Below, one piece after another: positions 9,501 to 18,120 of a stretch of DNA of 31,668 nt. Under the pieces are notes generated by a model that was not told the DNA's origin, ran no database searches, and saw nothing but the letters and a program-made list of their open reading frames with translations. The DNA comes from Anaerolineales bacterium (GTDB lineage: Bacteria > Chloroflexota > Anaerolineae > Anaerolineales > UBA6663), in the NCBI GenBank assembly GCA_033577755.1, contig JAVQXV010000018.1:1-31668 (forward strand), given 5' to 3'. The first letter of the stretch is position 1; the number at the start of each line of letters is the position of its first letter. Made by a program: the position numbers and the translations under genes.

Positions 9501-10140
9501 CCGGTCCGGCGCTGTTGCCGGCGTCGCTTGTCGTCGCGTTAATCAGGTTCACAAGATCGGCTGTGGATAGCACCTGGCTGTTCTCCAGCCGATAATCGGC
9601 GATAGGGAAGATGTTGAGGACGCCGGGCTGGCGGGCGAGCCAGGCGTGGCCGGCAGCGTCGGTCTCTAGCACAATGGCGTTGAGGCTTCGGCTCAGGCGG
9701 GCCAACACACGGCTCGTTGGATGTGCTGCGCTGAGGGTTTCGATGAAGCGGTCTTGTGCGTCCTCGATGAGCGAGGCTTGTGCCATCTGGCGCTCACGTC
9801 CGGCCTGAACCGAGGCCAGGTCGGCGAGGGAAGGCTCGGCAAGTTGAACCAGAACCCGTTGCCGTTCGCTTACGGTTTGTGGGGCGACATTGGCCACGGC
9901 AAAGTCTGCGCCGGCCGTGAGCGGCGTCTCGAGGCGGGAGGCTTCGATCCAGGCCGGCAGAGGCGCAAGTGAAGCCGGGCCGTGTCTTAGGGAGATGAGT
10001 TGGTTCGACTTCAGGTCTTCAAGCCACCGGGGTGGGCGGAGCGGGATCTGGGCCAGAGCCGGGAGAAGGGGCTGTGCAACGAAGGCGATTACGATACAGA
10101 GTGAGATGAAGAGACAAAAGCGTGGCGAAATAGATTTCAT
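6595..10140 (-). CDS. Secreted subtilase (S8)-family protein, 1181 aa. It has a signal peptide, a propeptide-like region, and an S8 domain interrupted by two DUF4397-like beta repeats. The catalytic Ser is replaced by Asp (GTS to GTD), and a ~440-aa beta-rich tail follows.
   Basis: D motif IAILDSGID, H motif HGTQMADIAAG and N motif IVNLSLS all align to subtilisin. The Ser motif aligns as GTDVAAARVSGAAAVLI against GTSMASPHVAGAAALIL. I checked the reverse-complemented DNA (ggc acc gat gtc gca). Confidence 0.85.
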   Translation of the reverse strand: MKSISPRFCLFISLCIVIAFVAQPLLPALAQIPLRPPRWLEDLKSNQLISLRHGPASLAPLPAWIEASRLETPLTAGADFAVANVAPQTVSERQRVLVQLAEPSLADLASVQAGRERQMAQASLIEDAQDRFIETLSAAHPTSRVLARLSRSLNAIVLETDAAGHAWLARQPGVLNIFPIADYRLENSQVLSTADLVNLINATTSDAGNSAGPEGSVILGQAQPDSTTSDAGSGIRIAILDSGIDFTHAKLGGPGTPTAYAAAYCGRPDARPDPTDPTCNAHTQAPQFNAKVVGGYDFVGESWPRGPLAPDPNPIDFFGHGTQMADIAAGLPLRRNDRARLRLAHFAAGATNVNVFLNGEPVLVNVAFRTITDYAVLQPGAYRLQITPAGQTQPALAETTLTLEPGQDYTVASLEAAGAPFLLTLADNLSAPAAEYVHVRFINTASEGRAIDIALANGGPVLVSNLAFAQASDYVTLPASRHAFEVLDTETSARLTTSTALTFNGGRTYTGYLAGIPSGTGSRTFVLEWSMDDSGTTTGVAPGAVLYAVKVCSAVADACSGVALLQGLEFALDPNGDGDLSDRVDIVNLSLSKPYGLAYDEALSMAILSAGSAGVLTVGVAGDNGNKPYTVSTPGASYGALSVAATSHTGTVLSNSSRGPNGGQMFYNNDIMYAQLIKPEIAAPGSAEAARAGSGSGTRALSGTDVAAARVSGAAAVLIHATERRLWQTEIKSRLMNTAESRVLAEDGRPAPVTRIGSGELRLERALNAQAVAWEEHNRGGALAFGFVDVATHHVTLTRRIFIRNLSHHPIHYRIVPSFRDEADALSGAVSMEVQEGLEVPPGETCPLEIRLHIDGSRLSGWWLNSGANGDNGQALTALEFDGYLNLIDEADPRNNLSLPWHVLPRRAGDTEPATTTLYLENRSGQLELFNHGIGPAYVDGYSLVAVSENQAASFAGLDRTVIDLKAVGVRTFPVPAGFCSPAPSFLLAFAISTHYRQSHANAPGRLEINLDLNRDGVADYQMFNADMNQPNVSAGRNVVWVRNLMTGVATARFYVGHALESGNFTLVACAEQLGLTLADYGRAIGVRVDARDWANSGQITDTADGIAIVVGGDRFLSGGGDIAPNSSVRWIITDRGAAGTSPSEFGLLLLTDAPRLENGRPTRSGAADPAREAWVIHIVP

Positions 10141-10384
10141 AAGGTGAGGCAGTCGCTATAGTAAAAAGCCGGTATGGCAGGCAAACGTGCAAAAAAACAG
10201 CCCTGCGCCTGGCCGGTCTAGCAACGAACTGTCCGGCAGGGCGTTCCTCCGACGGATGGCCCGCCGGACGAGCGCTCTGGCTGCCTGAGACGTGCTCGGT
10301 ATGTTGTTTTCAGCCGTACTTCGCGTTCGAACTGCGTTGCCCGAAATGTTATGCAGGCTTAAGCTGAGAGTCAAGAAACCACAA

Positions 10385-10470
10385 GGGCTATTCAATCCTA
10401 CCGGTACAGAATCCCTAATCTCGGCGCTCTCGTTCTCCAATCTCACCCTTTATCCCATCCCACCTCACCA
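10385..10470. repeat. AATC/ATCC-core degenerate tandem array (caatcct..gaatccct aatctcgg..ctccaatctcaccctttatcccatccc) in the long non-coding region upstream of the subtilase gene.
   Basis: Read directly. It resembles the array at 30995-31030 (caatctccaatctcttatctccattcc). Confidence 0.5.
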
Positions 10471-10679
10471 CCGCACAAGCGGCACGAACCTCCGATCTGC
10501 GCCAGAAGGCGCTGAAGCGCACAGCTTCGCTCCGTGCGGTCTCGTAGCTGCTCGCCAGTTGATGATAGAGCAACGATCGGCGCGTCGCCCCGGCCGGGAC
10601 GGTCAGGTTGAAGGTGACGCCGACGCCGTTCAGCCCGGTGGAGCCAGGGTCGAGTAGAAATCATTGTTCACGGACTGGG

Positions 10680-10845
10680 TGTGTGCACGCAAAGGTTGTC
10701 AGGGAACGTGCCGCCCCTTCGTCCTTCGGCGGGCATCCTGAGCTGAGCGAAGCGTAGTCGAAGGACGCCCGCCGCTCCCCTGAGCGCGCTCATCGGAGCG
10801 AAGCCGAAGGGTCAAGGTGCGGCTGACATGTTTTGGGTGCACACG
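10680..10845. repeat. MITE-like element 'B', long copy. Ends GTGTGCACGCA ... GGGTGCACAC. The internal stem pairs cgtccttcggcggg with cccgccg...cgaaggacg.
   Basis: Its ends match 133-166 and 200-229 of copy 1 in direct orientation. The centre is ~60 nt longer and palindromic. Confidence 0.5.
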
Positions 10846-10888
10846 ACCGGGTGACGTTCTTGAAAAGGATCATCAAAATGCCACAGAC

Positions 10889-11022
10889 TAGTGCCTTGTT
10901 AGGCAAGATATTGTAATTTGGGCGGGTTCGCCACTGGTCGGTTCATGTGCAATCGTAATGAGTTTTGATGGCGAAATGCTCGGTGTTGCGAAATATCAAA
11001 ATTCAACCTAACAAGGCACTAG
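10889..11022. mobile_element. MITE-like element 'A', complete copy 2, inverted relative to copy 1. The 16-bp terminal inverted repeats are ctagtgccttgttagg and cctaacaaggcactag.
   Basis: Reverse complement of window 1-127 with a few substitutions. Both terminal inverted repeats are readable. No ORF. Confidence 0.65.
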
Positions 11023-11122
11023 AGCGAATTCCTGATTGATTTACGGTTCCGTGACTGAAAACAGGTCGAATTTCGCATGCCTTGCCGTGATTCAAGCTGG
11101 AAACCGCTCTAGTACCAATCTC

Positions 11123-12166
11123 CTAAACGAGCCTGAGCAAGGTTTGAACCAGCACGGTGATGGCGCGTTGGTATTCGGAGAGCAAAATGTGCTCATCGGG
11201 CGTGTGGTCGAGCGCCGAGTCGCCCGGACCGTAGGCAACGATGGGTGTGCCCCAGGCCGGCCCGACAATGTTCATATCCGAAGTGCCGCTCTTCACCGAG
11301 AACGACGGGTTACCGCCCGCCTGTCGGATGGCGGCCAGCAGCGCGCGAACCAGCGGTGTGTTCTTCTCGCCGCGATACGCCGGCACGCCTTCGATCAGGT
11401 TGAGCGATGCTCCTGAAGCCAGCGCCGCCAGCGCGTTGTGTAGCTCGTCCACCGCCACGCCCGGCGGCAGTCGCACGCCGAACTTCAACCGCGCGTGCTC
11501 TATGAAACCATCGGAGCCGGAGCTCATCTCGCGTAGGGTGGGGAGCACCTGCTCGAACATCCTTGTGTGAGCGCTGTTGCGCTCTGCCGCCCACGCCGTC
11601 ACACGATTCCAGAAAGCCACCGCCGCCTCGCAGGCACTCTCGTCGCGCGCCGCAGTGTGGGCCAGCGCCCGCCGCACCTCGTAATCGAACCAGGCGCTGC
11701 CCTTGTAGCCGAGCGTCACCTTGTCCCAGCCGCTCGGCTCGCCGATGATGGTGAAGTCCGGGCGATACCGGTCTTTGATGAAGTGTGCGCCTCGACTGTT
11801 GCCTTCCTCGCCCACCGCGCCGATGACGATGACGCGCAGGCCCGACAGTTGCTCCTTCGCTCGAATCGCGGCAGCGGTGAACGCGGCCAGCGGGCCTTTG
11901 GCATCCACCGCGCCGCGCCCGTTGAGCCGGTCACCGTCACGCGTCACCGGGATGAAGCCGGGCACGGTGTCAATGTGGCCGAGCAGCATCACCGTCCGCG
12001 TTGCCTCGGCGGGGCCGGCCTCCCCGACCGCGTTGCCAACCTCATCCACGCGCGCCTCCAGCCCGCCGGCACGCATCTGCATGACGAGGTAATTCACGGC
12101 CTCGGCCTCCTGGCCGGTGGGGCTGTAGATTTTCAGGAGGTCTTCGAGGAGCTGGAGTTCGTCCAT
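11123..12166 (-). CDS. lysK: M20-family [LysW]-lysine/ornithine hydrolase (LysK/ArgE-like). It is the last gene of the lys operon.
   Basis: M20 motifs ([21 protein letters not shown]). The position after homoisocitrate dehydrogenase matches Thermus-type clusters. Confidence 0.8.
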   Translation of the reverse strand: MDELQLLEDLLKIYSPTGQEAEAVNYLVMQMRAGGLEARVDEVGNAVGEAGPAEATRTVMLLGHIDTVPGFIPVTRDGDRLNGRGAVDAKGPLAAFTAAAIRAKEQLSGLRVIVIGAVGEEGNSRGAHFIKDRYRPDFTIIGEPSGWDKVTLGYKGSAWFDYEVRRALAHTAARDESACEAAVAFWNRVTAWAAERNSAHTRMFEQVLPTLREMSSGSDGFIEHARLKFGVRLPPGVAVDELHNALAALASGASLNLIEGVPAYRGEKNTPLVRALLAAIRQAGGNPSFSVKSGTSDMNIVGPAWGTPIVAYGPGDSALDHTPDEHILLSEYQRAITVLVQTLLRLV

Positions 12167-12232
12167 GAGGAGATTGAAGATTGGAGATTGGAGATTGAAG
12201 ATTGGAGATTAGAGGTTGGAGAGGATGGCGCG
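12167..12232. repeat. AGATTGR heptamer x ~9 filling the entire spacer between the homoisocitrate dehydrogenase gene and lysK. It runs over the dehydrogenase stop codon.
   Basis: Read directly: agattga agattgg agattgg agattga agattgg agattag aggttgg. It also encodes the C-terminal ..SNL of the upstream protein. Confidence 0.9.
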
Positions 12233-13270
12233 GGTGATGTCTCGCAGGCTGGCGTTCCCGCCGAGGTCGCGCGTGCGGACGCCGGCGCGCAGCGTCTCGC
12301 AGACGGCGGTGCGCACGCGCTGTGCCGCTGCCGGCTGTCCGATATGGTCGAGCAGCATCGCCGCCGAGAGGATTGCGCCGACGGGGTTGGCCAGGCCCTG
12401 CCCGGCGATGTCGGGGGCGGCGCCGTGCACCGGCTCGAACACGGCAACGCTCTCGCCGAGGTTGGCCGAAGGCGCAACACCCAGCCCGCCCATCAGCGCG
12501 CCGGCTTCGTCGGAGAGGATGTCGCCGAATAGGTTGGTGGTCACAATGACGTCGAAGTTCTCCGGGTCACGCACCAATCGCAGCGCCATCGCGTCCACCA
12601 GCATCTCGTTCGTCCGAATGTCCGGGTATTCGGCGGCGACCTCGAGGCAGGTTTCGCGGAACAGGCCATCGGTAAGTTTGAAGACGTTGGCTTTGTGGAC
12701 GATGGTAACGGTGGGAGGGAGATTAGAGACTGGAGATTGAGATGAAGCTCTAATCTCCGATCTCCTTCTGGCCTGTTCAAACGCCACCCGCGTAATGCGC
12801 TCCGAGCCGCGCTTTGTAATCACGCGCTCGGCGATGGCGGTGTCGCCCTCGCGCCGTTCGCGGCCCACGTACAGGTCTTCGGTGTTTTCGCGCACGATGA
12901 GCAGGTCAACATTGGGGCGCGAGAACGGGCCGGGCAGGGAGAAGGTCGGTCGCAGGTTCGCGTACAGGTCGAACGTCCGGCGCAGGGCAAGGATCGGGCT
13001 GCGGTAGCCGGCGACGAGCGTGGAGGGGGAGGCCGTCGCCCCGAACAGGGCCACGCCCGCTGCGGCGACGTCCGCCAGCGTCTCGTCCGGGATGGCCTCC
13101 CCCGTTTTCTCGAAATGCGCAAAGCCGGCCTGCGCTTCGATGAACTTCAACCCGAGGCCGAGCGCGGCCAGCACCTCGGCGGCGGCAGGGATGACTTCCC
13201 GGCCGATGCCGTCGCCGGGGATGAGGACGATTTCTGATTTGTGATTGTGGATTGCTGATTGTGAGGCCAT
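12209..13270 (-). CDS. Homoisocitrate dehydrogenase (IPMDH family, Thermus HICDH-like). It carries a repeat-encoded N-terminal extension and a 16-aa internal insertion.
   Basis: Aligns along its length to T. thermophilus HICDH (LIVRENTE, HKANV, DVIVTTNLFGDILSDEA, FEPVHGAAPDIAG). It sits in the lys operon. Confidence 0.88.
   Translation of the reverse strand: MASQSAIHNHKSEIVLIPGDGIGREVIPAAAEVLAALGLGLKFIEAQAGFAHFEKTGEAIPDETLADVAAAGVALFGATASPSTLVAGYRSPILALRRTFDLYANLRPTFSLPGPFSRPNVDLLIVRENTEDLYVGRERREGDTAIAERVITKRGSERITRVAFEQARRRSEIRASSQSPVSNLPPTVTIVHKANVFKLTDGLFRETCLEVAAEYPDIRTNEMLVDAMALRLVRDPENFDVIVTTNLFGDILSDEAGALMGGLGVAPSANLGESVAVFEPVHGAAPDIAGQGLANPVGAILSAAMLLDHIGQPAAAQRVRTAVCETLRAGVRTRDLGGNASLRDITRAILSNL
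12711..12767. repeat. Palindromic GAGATTR array (ggagattagag ... ctctaatctcc) lying in frame inside the homoisocitrate dehydrogenase CDS.
   Basis: Read directly. It encodes SEIRASSQSPVSNLPP. This is absent from Thermus HICDH at the RPRK/TLHIAHKANV junction. Confidence 0.8.
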
Positions 13271-13300
13271 CCAGTCATCGGTCTTCAGTCATCAGTCAGA
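13231..13300. repeat. GATTTCT/GATTGTG heptamer array plus an AGTCATC-type array spanning the dehydrogenase start codon and the lysU stop codon.
   Basis: Read directly: gatttctgatttgtgattgtggattgctgattgtgaggccat..gtcatcggtcttcagtcatcagtcag. It encodes the N-terminal MASQSAIHNHKSE. Confidence 0.85.
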
Positions 13301-13837
13301 AACCCTCACCTCTTCGGTGCTCTCAATCCCCAGCCTGCGGCGCACGTGGGCGATCAGTCCGCCGGCTGCGATGATGCCGAGCGCGGTAGGCGAGAGCGGG
13401 GGAAAGGAATAGCGCCTGTTGCTCAGCTCGATAACGCTCTCTGCCAGATGGATAGTCAGCATGTCGCCGGTCTGCGCTGCGTCCACGACCTCCGGGCAGG
13501 TGATGAGCAGCAGGCCGTTGTTGAGGCCGTTGCGGAAGTAGATACGGGCGAACGACTTGGCGATGATGGCGGCGATGCCGCGATATTTCAGGCAGGTGAC
13601 GGCCTGCTCGCGCGAGCTGCCGTTGCCGAAGTTGCGCCCGGCCACGATGATGTCGCCCGGCTGCGCGCTGCGCGTGAACTCCGGGTCGAGGTCTTCGAGC
13701 GCATGGGCGGCAATCTCCGCCGGCTCACGTAGTGTGTAGGTGTACTTGCCGGGGAAGAGCACGTCGGTATTGATGCCGTCGCCGTACTTCCAGACTTTGC
13801 CGACAATGGGCATTGAGATATTGAGCGATTGAGTCAT
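13292..13837 (-). CDS. lysU: Homoaconitase / 3-isopropylmalate dehydratase small subunit, archaeal type (LysU)
   Basis: LeuD-like motifs (GKVWKYGDGINTD, GRNFGNGSSREQA). Adjacent to lysT and the dehydrogenase gene. Confidence 0.85.
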   Translation of the reverse strand: MTQSLNISMPIVGKVWKYGDGINTDVLFPGKYTYTLREPAEIAAHALEDLDPEFTRSAQPGDIIVAGRNFGNGSSREQAVTCLKYRGIAAIIAKSFARIYFRNGLNNGLLLITCPEVVDAAQTGDMLTIHLAESVIELSNRRYSFPPLSPTALGIIAAGGLIAHVRRRLGIESTEEVRVSD

Positions 13838-13850
13838 TGAGGATTGGTCT
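13811..13850. repeat. ATTGAGnn octamer x4-5 across the flotillin stop / lysU start overlap
   Basis: Read directly: attgagat attgagcg attgagtc attgagg attggtct. It encodes the lysU N-terminal MTQSLNIS. Confidence 0.7.
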
Positions 13851-15315
13851 GGGCCGGCGGTTCGGCGGGTGGCGTTTCCTTGAACAGGCGGGCGACGCGC
13901 GCCAGCACTTGCTCGATGTTTTGGCCGGAGAGCGCCTCTGTCTTGGCGTTGATGACGGTCGCCAGCTCAGGGATGTCGCGCAGGATGTTGGCCAGCGCGT
14001 TGCTGTGCGTTGCGTCGTTGCCGCCGAACTGGACGATGCGCACGTTCTGCCCGACGTTGCCCAGCGCCTGAGCAATTGCGCGCGCCTTCTCTACCTCCGC
14101 CTGAATGAGTAGCTGCGCAATGGTCTGGCGCAGGTTGATCTCGCCCTGGGCGGCTGTGGCCTGCGCCAACTTTTCCTTGCCTTCGGCCTCGGCCAGCAGG
14201 TTGGCGCGTGTGCCTTCCGCCTGTGCCAGCAGGGTCGCGCGCACGCCGTCGGCTTCCGCCGCCTTGAGCGCCCGCAGCTTTTCGGCCTCGGCAAGGCCGG
14301 TGCGCTCCAGCGCCTCGGCCTGGGCCGTGGACTCTTTCTTGAGCGCCTGAGCTTTTGCCTCTGCAATGATGGTGATGCGGCGGCTCTCGGCGTCGGCCTC
14401 GATCTGGGTGGCCTCACGCCGGGCGCGGGCCGGCGTCAGCACCTCGACCTCCTGCTGCTGCTGGACGAGCGCGGCGCGATTGCGCAGCACTTCTTCCTCA
14501 GCCTTGGTCTGAGCCAGGCTCACGGTCTTCGTTTTCTCGACCTCGCGCAGCTCCAGCGCCTGGCGCTGCTCAAGGATGGAGCGGGCGACGTCCAGCTCGG
14601 TCTGCTCGGCCTGTTGCCGGGCCTGTGCGGCTCTGATGCGCGCCTCGCGCTCGGCCTCGGCTTCCGCGATGGCGGCATCGCGTTTGATGGCGGCGATGCG
14701 TGGCTTGGCCATCGCTTCAAAGTAGCCCTGATCGTCGGTGATCTCCTCGATGCCCATCGAGATGATCTTGACGCCCATCGCCGCCATGTCGTCGTCGGCC
14801 AGGTCTTGCACGCTGCGCACGAAGGCGTCGCGGTCGCGATGGACGTTCTCCACCGTCAGCTGCCCGACGATGGCGCGGAAGTTGGCGCTCAGTGTCTGTG
14901 AGACGACGTTGATGACCTGTTCGCGGCTCATGCCGAGGAAGGCGCGGGCGGCGGTGATCAGCGCAGTCTTGTCGGAACCGATTTGTACCTGTGCCACCCA
15001 GTCCAGCTTGATGGGCACGCCGTCCACGGTGTACACCTCGTCGCCGGTCTTGACAATGGTCATCACGGTCAGATCAAGAAATTGGTATTCCTCGAAGAAC
15101 GGCAGAACGAACGTACCCCCGCCGGTGACCAGCCGGACCCCGGTCTGTTCGATGGAACCATCCTGTTTGAAGGTCGTCCGGCCACGCCCGTAGAGCACCA
15201 TGGCTTTGTTCGGCGGTACGCGGCGATAGACGGGGATGAACGAACGAAGGAGAAACAGCGCCAGACCTAGCAGAGCAAGGATGATGACGGCGGTCAAGAC
15301 GCTTTCGAAGAACAT
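13834..15315 (-). CDS. Flotillin / SPFH (band-7) domain membrane protein with a long Ala/Glu-rich coiled-coil tail. Inserted between lysT and lysU.
   Basis: N-terminal TM helix, an SPFH domain, and an EA-rich coiled coil like FloT/YuaG. Its stop codon overlaps the lysU start by 4 nt. Confidence 0.85.
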   Translation of the reverse strand: MFFESVLTAVIILALLGLALFLLRSFIPVYRRVPPNKAMVLYGRGRTTFKQDGSIEQTGVRLVTGGGTFVLPFFEEYQFLDLTVMTIVKTGDEVYTVDGVPIKLDWVAQVQIGSDKTALITAARAFLGMSREQVINVVSQTLSANFRAIVGQLTVENVHRDRDAFVRSVQDLADDDMAAMGVKIISMGIEEITDDQGYFEAMAKPRIAAIKRDAAIAEAEAEREARIRAAQARQQAEQTELDVARSILEQRQALELREVEKTKTVSLAQTKAEEEVLRNRAALVQQQQEVEVLTPARARREATQIEADAESRRITIIAEAKAQALKKESTAQAEALERTGLAEAEKLRALKAAEADGVRATLLAQAEGTRANLLAEAEGKEKLAQATAAQGEINLRQTIAQLLIQAEVEKARAIAQALGNVGQNVRIVQFGGNDATHSNALANILRDIPELATVINAKTEALSGQNIEQVLARVARLFKETPPAEPPAQTNPQ

Positions 15316-15417
15316 CGGACGCTCCTCAACTGAGAAGAAATGGAGACCGTTAGCTTTATATCATCCCGCTTCCGTTTCAGCCAGAGCTGAGCGTGACGGC
15401 ATTCTGACAAATACGCG

Positions 15418-16740
15418 CTAATCCAGCTCGCGCGGGTCGGTGATCACGCCGGTGACCGCGCTGGCCGCCACCACCGCCGGGCTGGCAAGATAGATTTCTG
15501 CTTCGGGCTGACCCATGCGGCCCTTGAAGTTGCGATTGGCCGAGGAGATACAGACCTCGCCCGGCGCGAGCACACCCATGTGGTTGCCCATGCATGGCCC
15601 GCAGCCCGGCGTGCCGAACATCGCGCCGGCCTCCAGTAACGTCTGCACATAGCCGCGCCGCACCGCCTCGCGATAGACCTCCGCCGAGGCCGGGACGATC
15701 AGCAGCCGTGCACCTGCCGCGACCCGTTTGCCCCGAATCACCTCCGCCGCCAGCGCCAGGTCTTCCAGCCGCCCGTTCGTGCAGGTGCCGATGAAGGCCT
15801 GATGGATGCGCGTGCCGCGAACCGCCGATAGCGGCTGTGTGTTGTCCACCGTATGCGGGCAGGACACCGTCAGCTCTATGGTTGAGCAATCAATGACGTG
15901 CGTCGCCACATAGTTCGCGTCCGCGTCGGGATAAATTGCGTTGGCCTGGATTTCGGATTTCTGATTTTGGATTTCTGATTGCAGGTCAATGCTACGCAAT
16001 GCGCTGTACGCCCTACGAACTCTTCTCTCGGCCAGATATTGAAAAACAGACTCGTCCGGCGGCAGATAGGCGTTCTTGGCGCCGAACTCGGCCATCATGT
16101 TGGGGATGACCATGCGGCTTTCAAGCGAGAAGGTAGCCAGCGCCGGCCCGTCGAACTCCACCGAGAGATACAGCCCGCCGTCTGCGCCGAACTTGCCGAT
16201 GAGGTGCAGGCACAGGTCTTTGGTGGTGATGCCTTTGCCAAGTGTACCGGTCAGCGTGAACTTGATGGTCTCCGGCACGCGCAGCCATAACTCGCCGGTT
16301 GCCCACAGCACGGCCACCTCGGTGCGGCCCACACCCGCCCCGAAGGCGCCCAGCCAGCCGAAGTGCGGCGTGTGCGAGTCCGCGCCGAGGATCAGCTGCC
16401 CCGGCAGGACGAGGGCCTCCTCGCTCAACACCTGATGGCAGATGCCGCGCCCGGCCTCGAAGAAGTGGCGCACGCCGTAGCGCGCGACGAACTCGCGCAC
16501 CTCGGCGTGGTTGCGCGCGTGCTGGGCAGTAGGCGCCGGCACGGCATGGTCGAGCGTGATGGCGAGCTTTTCCGGGATGGCCAGGTCCGCGACGCCGATG
16601 CTTTTGAAGATTCGGTAGATGGCGGCGGTGTTGTCGTGCGAGAGTACGAGGTCCGGGCGCGCATCCACCACTTGCCCGGCCACCGTCTCGCTTAACCCGG
16701 CGGCGCGGGCCAGCGCTTTTTCCGCGAAGGTTTTGCCCAT
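15418..16740 (-). CDS. lysT: Homoaconitase / isopropylmalate isomerase large subunit, archaeal/Thermus type (LysT)
   Basis: Aconitase-family motifs (GADSHT, three Cys [25 protein letters not shown]). About 440 aa. Confidence 0.88.
   Translation of the reverse strand: MGKTFAEKALARAAGLSETVAGQVVDARPDLVLSHDNTAAIYRIFKSIGVADLAIPEKLAITLDHAVPAPTAQHARNHAEVREFVARYGVRHFFEAGRGICHQVLSEEALVLPGQLILGADSHTPHFGWLGAFGAGVGRTEVAVLWATGELWLRVPETIKFTLTGTLGKGITTKDLCLHLIGKFGADGGLYLSVEFDGPALATFSLESRMVIPNMMAEFGAKNAYLPPDESVFQYLAERRVRRAYSALRSIDLQSEIQNQKSEIQANAIYPDADANYVATHVIDCSTIELTVSCPHTVDNTQPLSAVRGTRIHQAFIGTCTNGRLEDLALAAEVIRGKRVAAGARLLIVPASAEVYREAVRRGYVQTLLEAGAMFGTPGCGPCMGNHMGVLAPGEVCISSANRNFKGRMGQPEAEIYLASPAVVAASAVTGVITDPRELD
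15948..15984. repeat. GGATTTC/TGATTTT heptamer x5 in frame inside lysT
   Basis: Read directly. It encodes [14 protein letters not shown] in a loop of the large subunit. Confidence 0.8.
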
Positions 16741-16800
16741 AGAGGTTTCTCTCGCGAAGTGCGCAAAGGTCGCAAAGCGTTAGCGTGCTTGGCGAGAGCC

Positions 16801-18120
16801 TTAACTCCCTCTCCCATTCACCGTTATCCCCGGCGTGCCCTGCGCACGCGAGCGGGCCGGCCTGGAATCCAGCCGTTGCACCACCGGATGGCGCGTCTCC
16901 GGCAGCGCCAGTCGCGCCAGGCCGAATTCGCGCTCGGCCAGCTCGAGCAGCACCTGCTCCGGCGAGACGTCCGGCGCGAGTCGGTACACGCGCTCTTTGA
17001 AGGCTGCCGTAATCTCTTTTGCCTGCATCTCGGTGATTTGGAAGTAGCGAATCTCGCGCAGGAAGTAGTGGATGACGTTCCAGCCGGAGAGGGGGCCGAG
17101 CAGCAGTTCACTCTCGGTGACTCCGAACTGGTCGAGCGGGTGGGCCTCGTACGCCGAAGGGTCGTGCAACACAGCGTTTTGATGGACGCCGGCGGTGTGG
17201 GTTCGGTTGGTCAGGCTCACCGGCTCGGTGGGCGGCACCAGCATCTTGAGCTTATCGGCCAGCAGCACATTCAGCGGATAGGAGCCGCGTAGGTGATAGC
17301 CCTCCAGCCGGTCGTACTCGCGGTCCACGTGCAGGTTGAAGAGCAAGGCGGTGAGCGAGGTAATGCCCGACCGTTCGCCGATGCCGAGGATGGTGGTGTC
17401 GAGGTAGCGCACGCCTGCGCGGACGGCGGCCAGCGCGTTGATGAGCGCGAAGCCACGGTCGTTGTGGAAGTGCCCTTCCAGCTCCATGCCGGGATAGCGC
17501 GCGCGCAGCGCGGCAACGCGCTGGGCGATGGTCATCGGCGTGGCCACGCCCACCGTGTCCGGCATCCCCAGCCGGTCTACCAGCGGCGCAATCTCGTCGT
17601 ACACCCGGAAGAGTTCGGCCTCGCGCGTGCGGAAGGCGTCCTCGCCCGAAAAGCGCAGGACGAGGTGCGGATAGTTGCGACGCACGTCCTCGATGAGGAC
17701 ACGTGCCTCGCGCACGATGGCGTCGAGGTCGCGCCCATGGTTGAAGGCCCGCGACTCTGCCGAGGTGCCGATGTAAAAATGCAGGCCGTCGGCCCCGGCC
17801 TCGATGGCGGCCTCCACGTCGCGCGGATGGCAGCGCACATGCGCGCACAGAAAGGTGTAGCCTTTTTGCGTGATGAGCGAATCGCGCACCGCCCGCAGCG
17901 CCGCCCAGTCCTCACACTCCTGCGGGCTGACCACAGGCGAGAACAGCTCGATGAACTTCACACCGTAGATGATGAGCGCGCGCAAAATCTCTTCTTTATC
18001 GGTCCGCGTGAAGAAATACTTGTGGTGGTCGTGGAGCAGCGAGGTCTGCTGACCTTCGCGCAGCGTGGTGTCCACGATTTCGAGGGCACGGGGTGTGTAG
18101 TTCGAGAAGTGGCTCATCAT
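16801..18120 (-). CDS. Homocitrate synthase (LYS20/NifV-like DRE-TIM lyase)
   Basis: Close to T. thermophilus HCS (DTTLREGQQT, SPVVSPQ, HFHNDRG, DTTILGIGERSGIT). Confidence 0.88.
   Translation of the reverse strand: MMSHFSNYTPRALEIVDTTLREGQQTSLLHDHHKYFFTRTDKEEILRALIIYGVKFIELFSPVVSPQECEDWAALRAVRDSLITQKGYTFLCAHVRCHPRDVEAAIEAGADGLHFYIGTSAESRAFNHGRDLDAIVREARVLIEDVRRNYPHLVLRFSGEDAFRTREAELFRVYDEIAPLVDRLGMPDTVGVATPMTIAQRVAALRARYPGMELEGHFHNDRGFALINALAAVRAGVRYLDTTILGIGERSGITSLTALLFNLHVDREYDRLEGYHLRGSYPLNVLLADKLKMLVPPTEPVSLTNRTHTAGVHQNAVLHDPSAYEAHPLDQFGVTESELLLGPLSGWNVIHYFLREIRYFQITEMQAKEITAAFKERVYRLAPDVSPEQVLLELAEREFGLARLALPETRHPVVQRLDSRPARSRAQGTPGITVNGRGS

Noticed and set aside
10156-10664. Small ORFs in the region upstream of the subtilase gene (10156-10446 -, 10292-10657 +, 10443-10664 -)
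   Set aside because: They overlap each other on both strands, are Arg/Pro-rich, and lack start-site signals. They look like typical GC-rich spurious frames.
11567-12532. 321-aa + strand ORF containing EIEDWRLEIEDWRLEV
   Set aside because: It is antisense to lysK and the homoisocitrate dehydrogenase gene. The repetitive peptide is just the heptamer array read in another frame. Arg/Ala-rich composition is typical of spurious ORFs in high-GC DNA.
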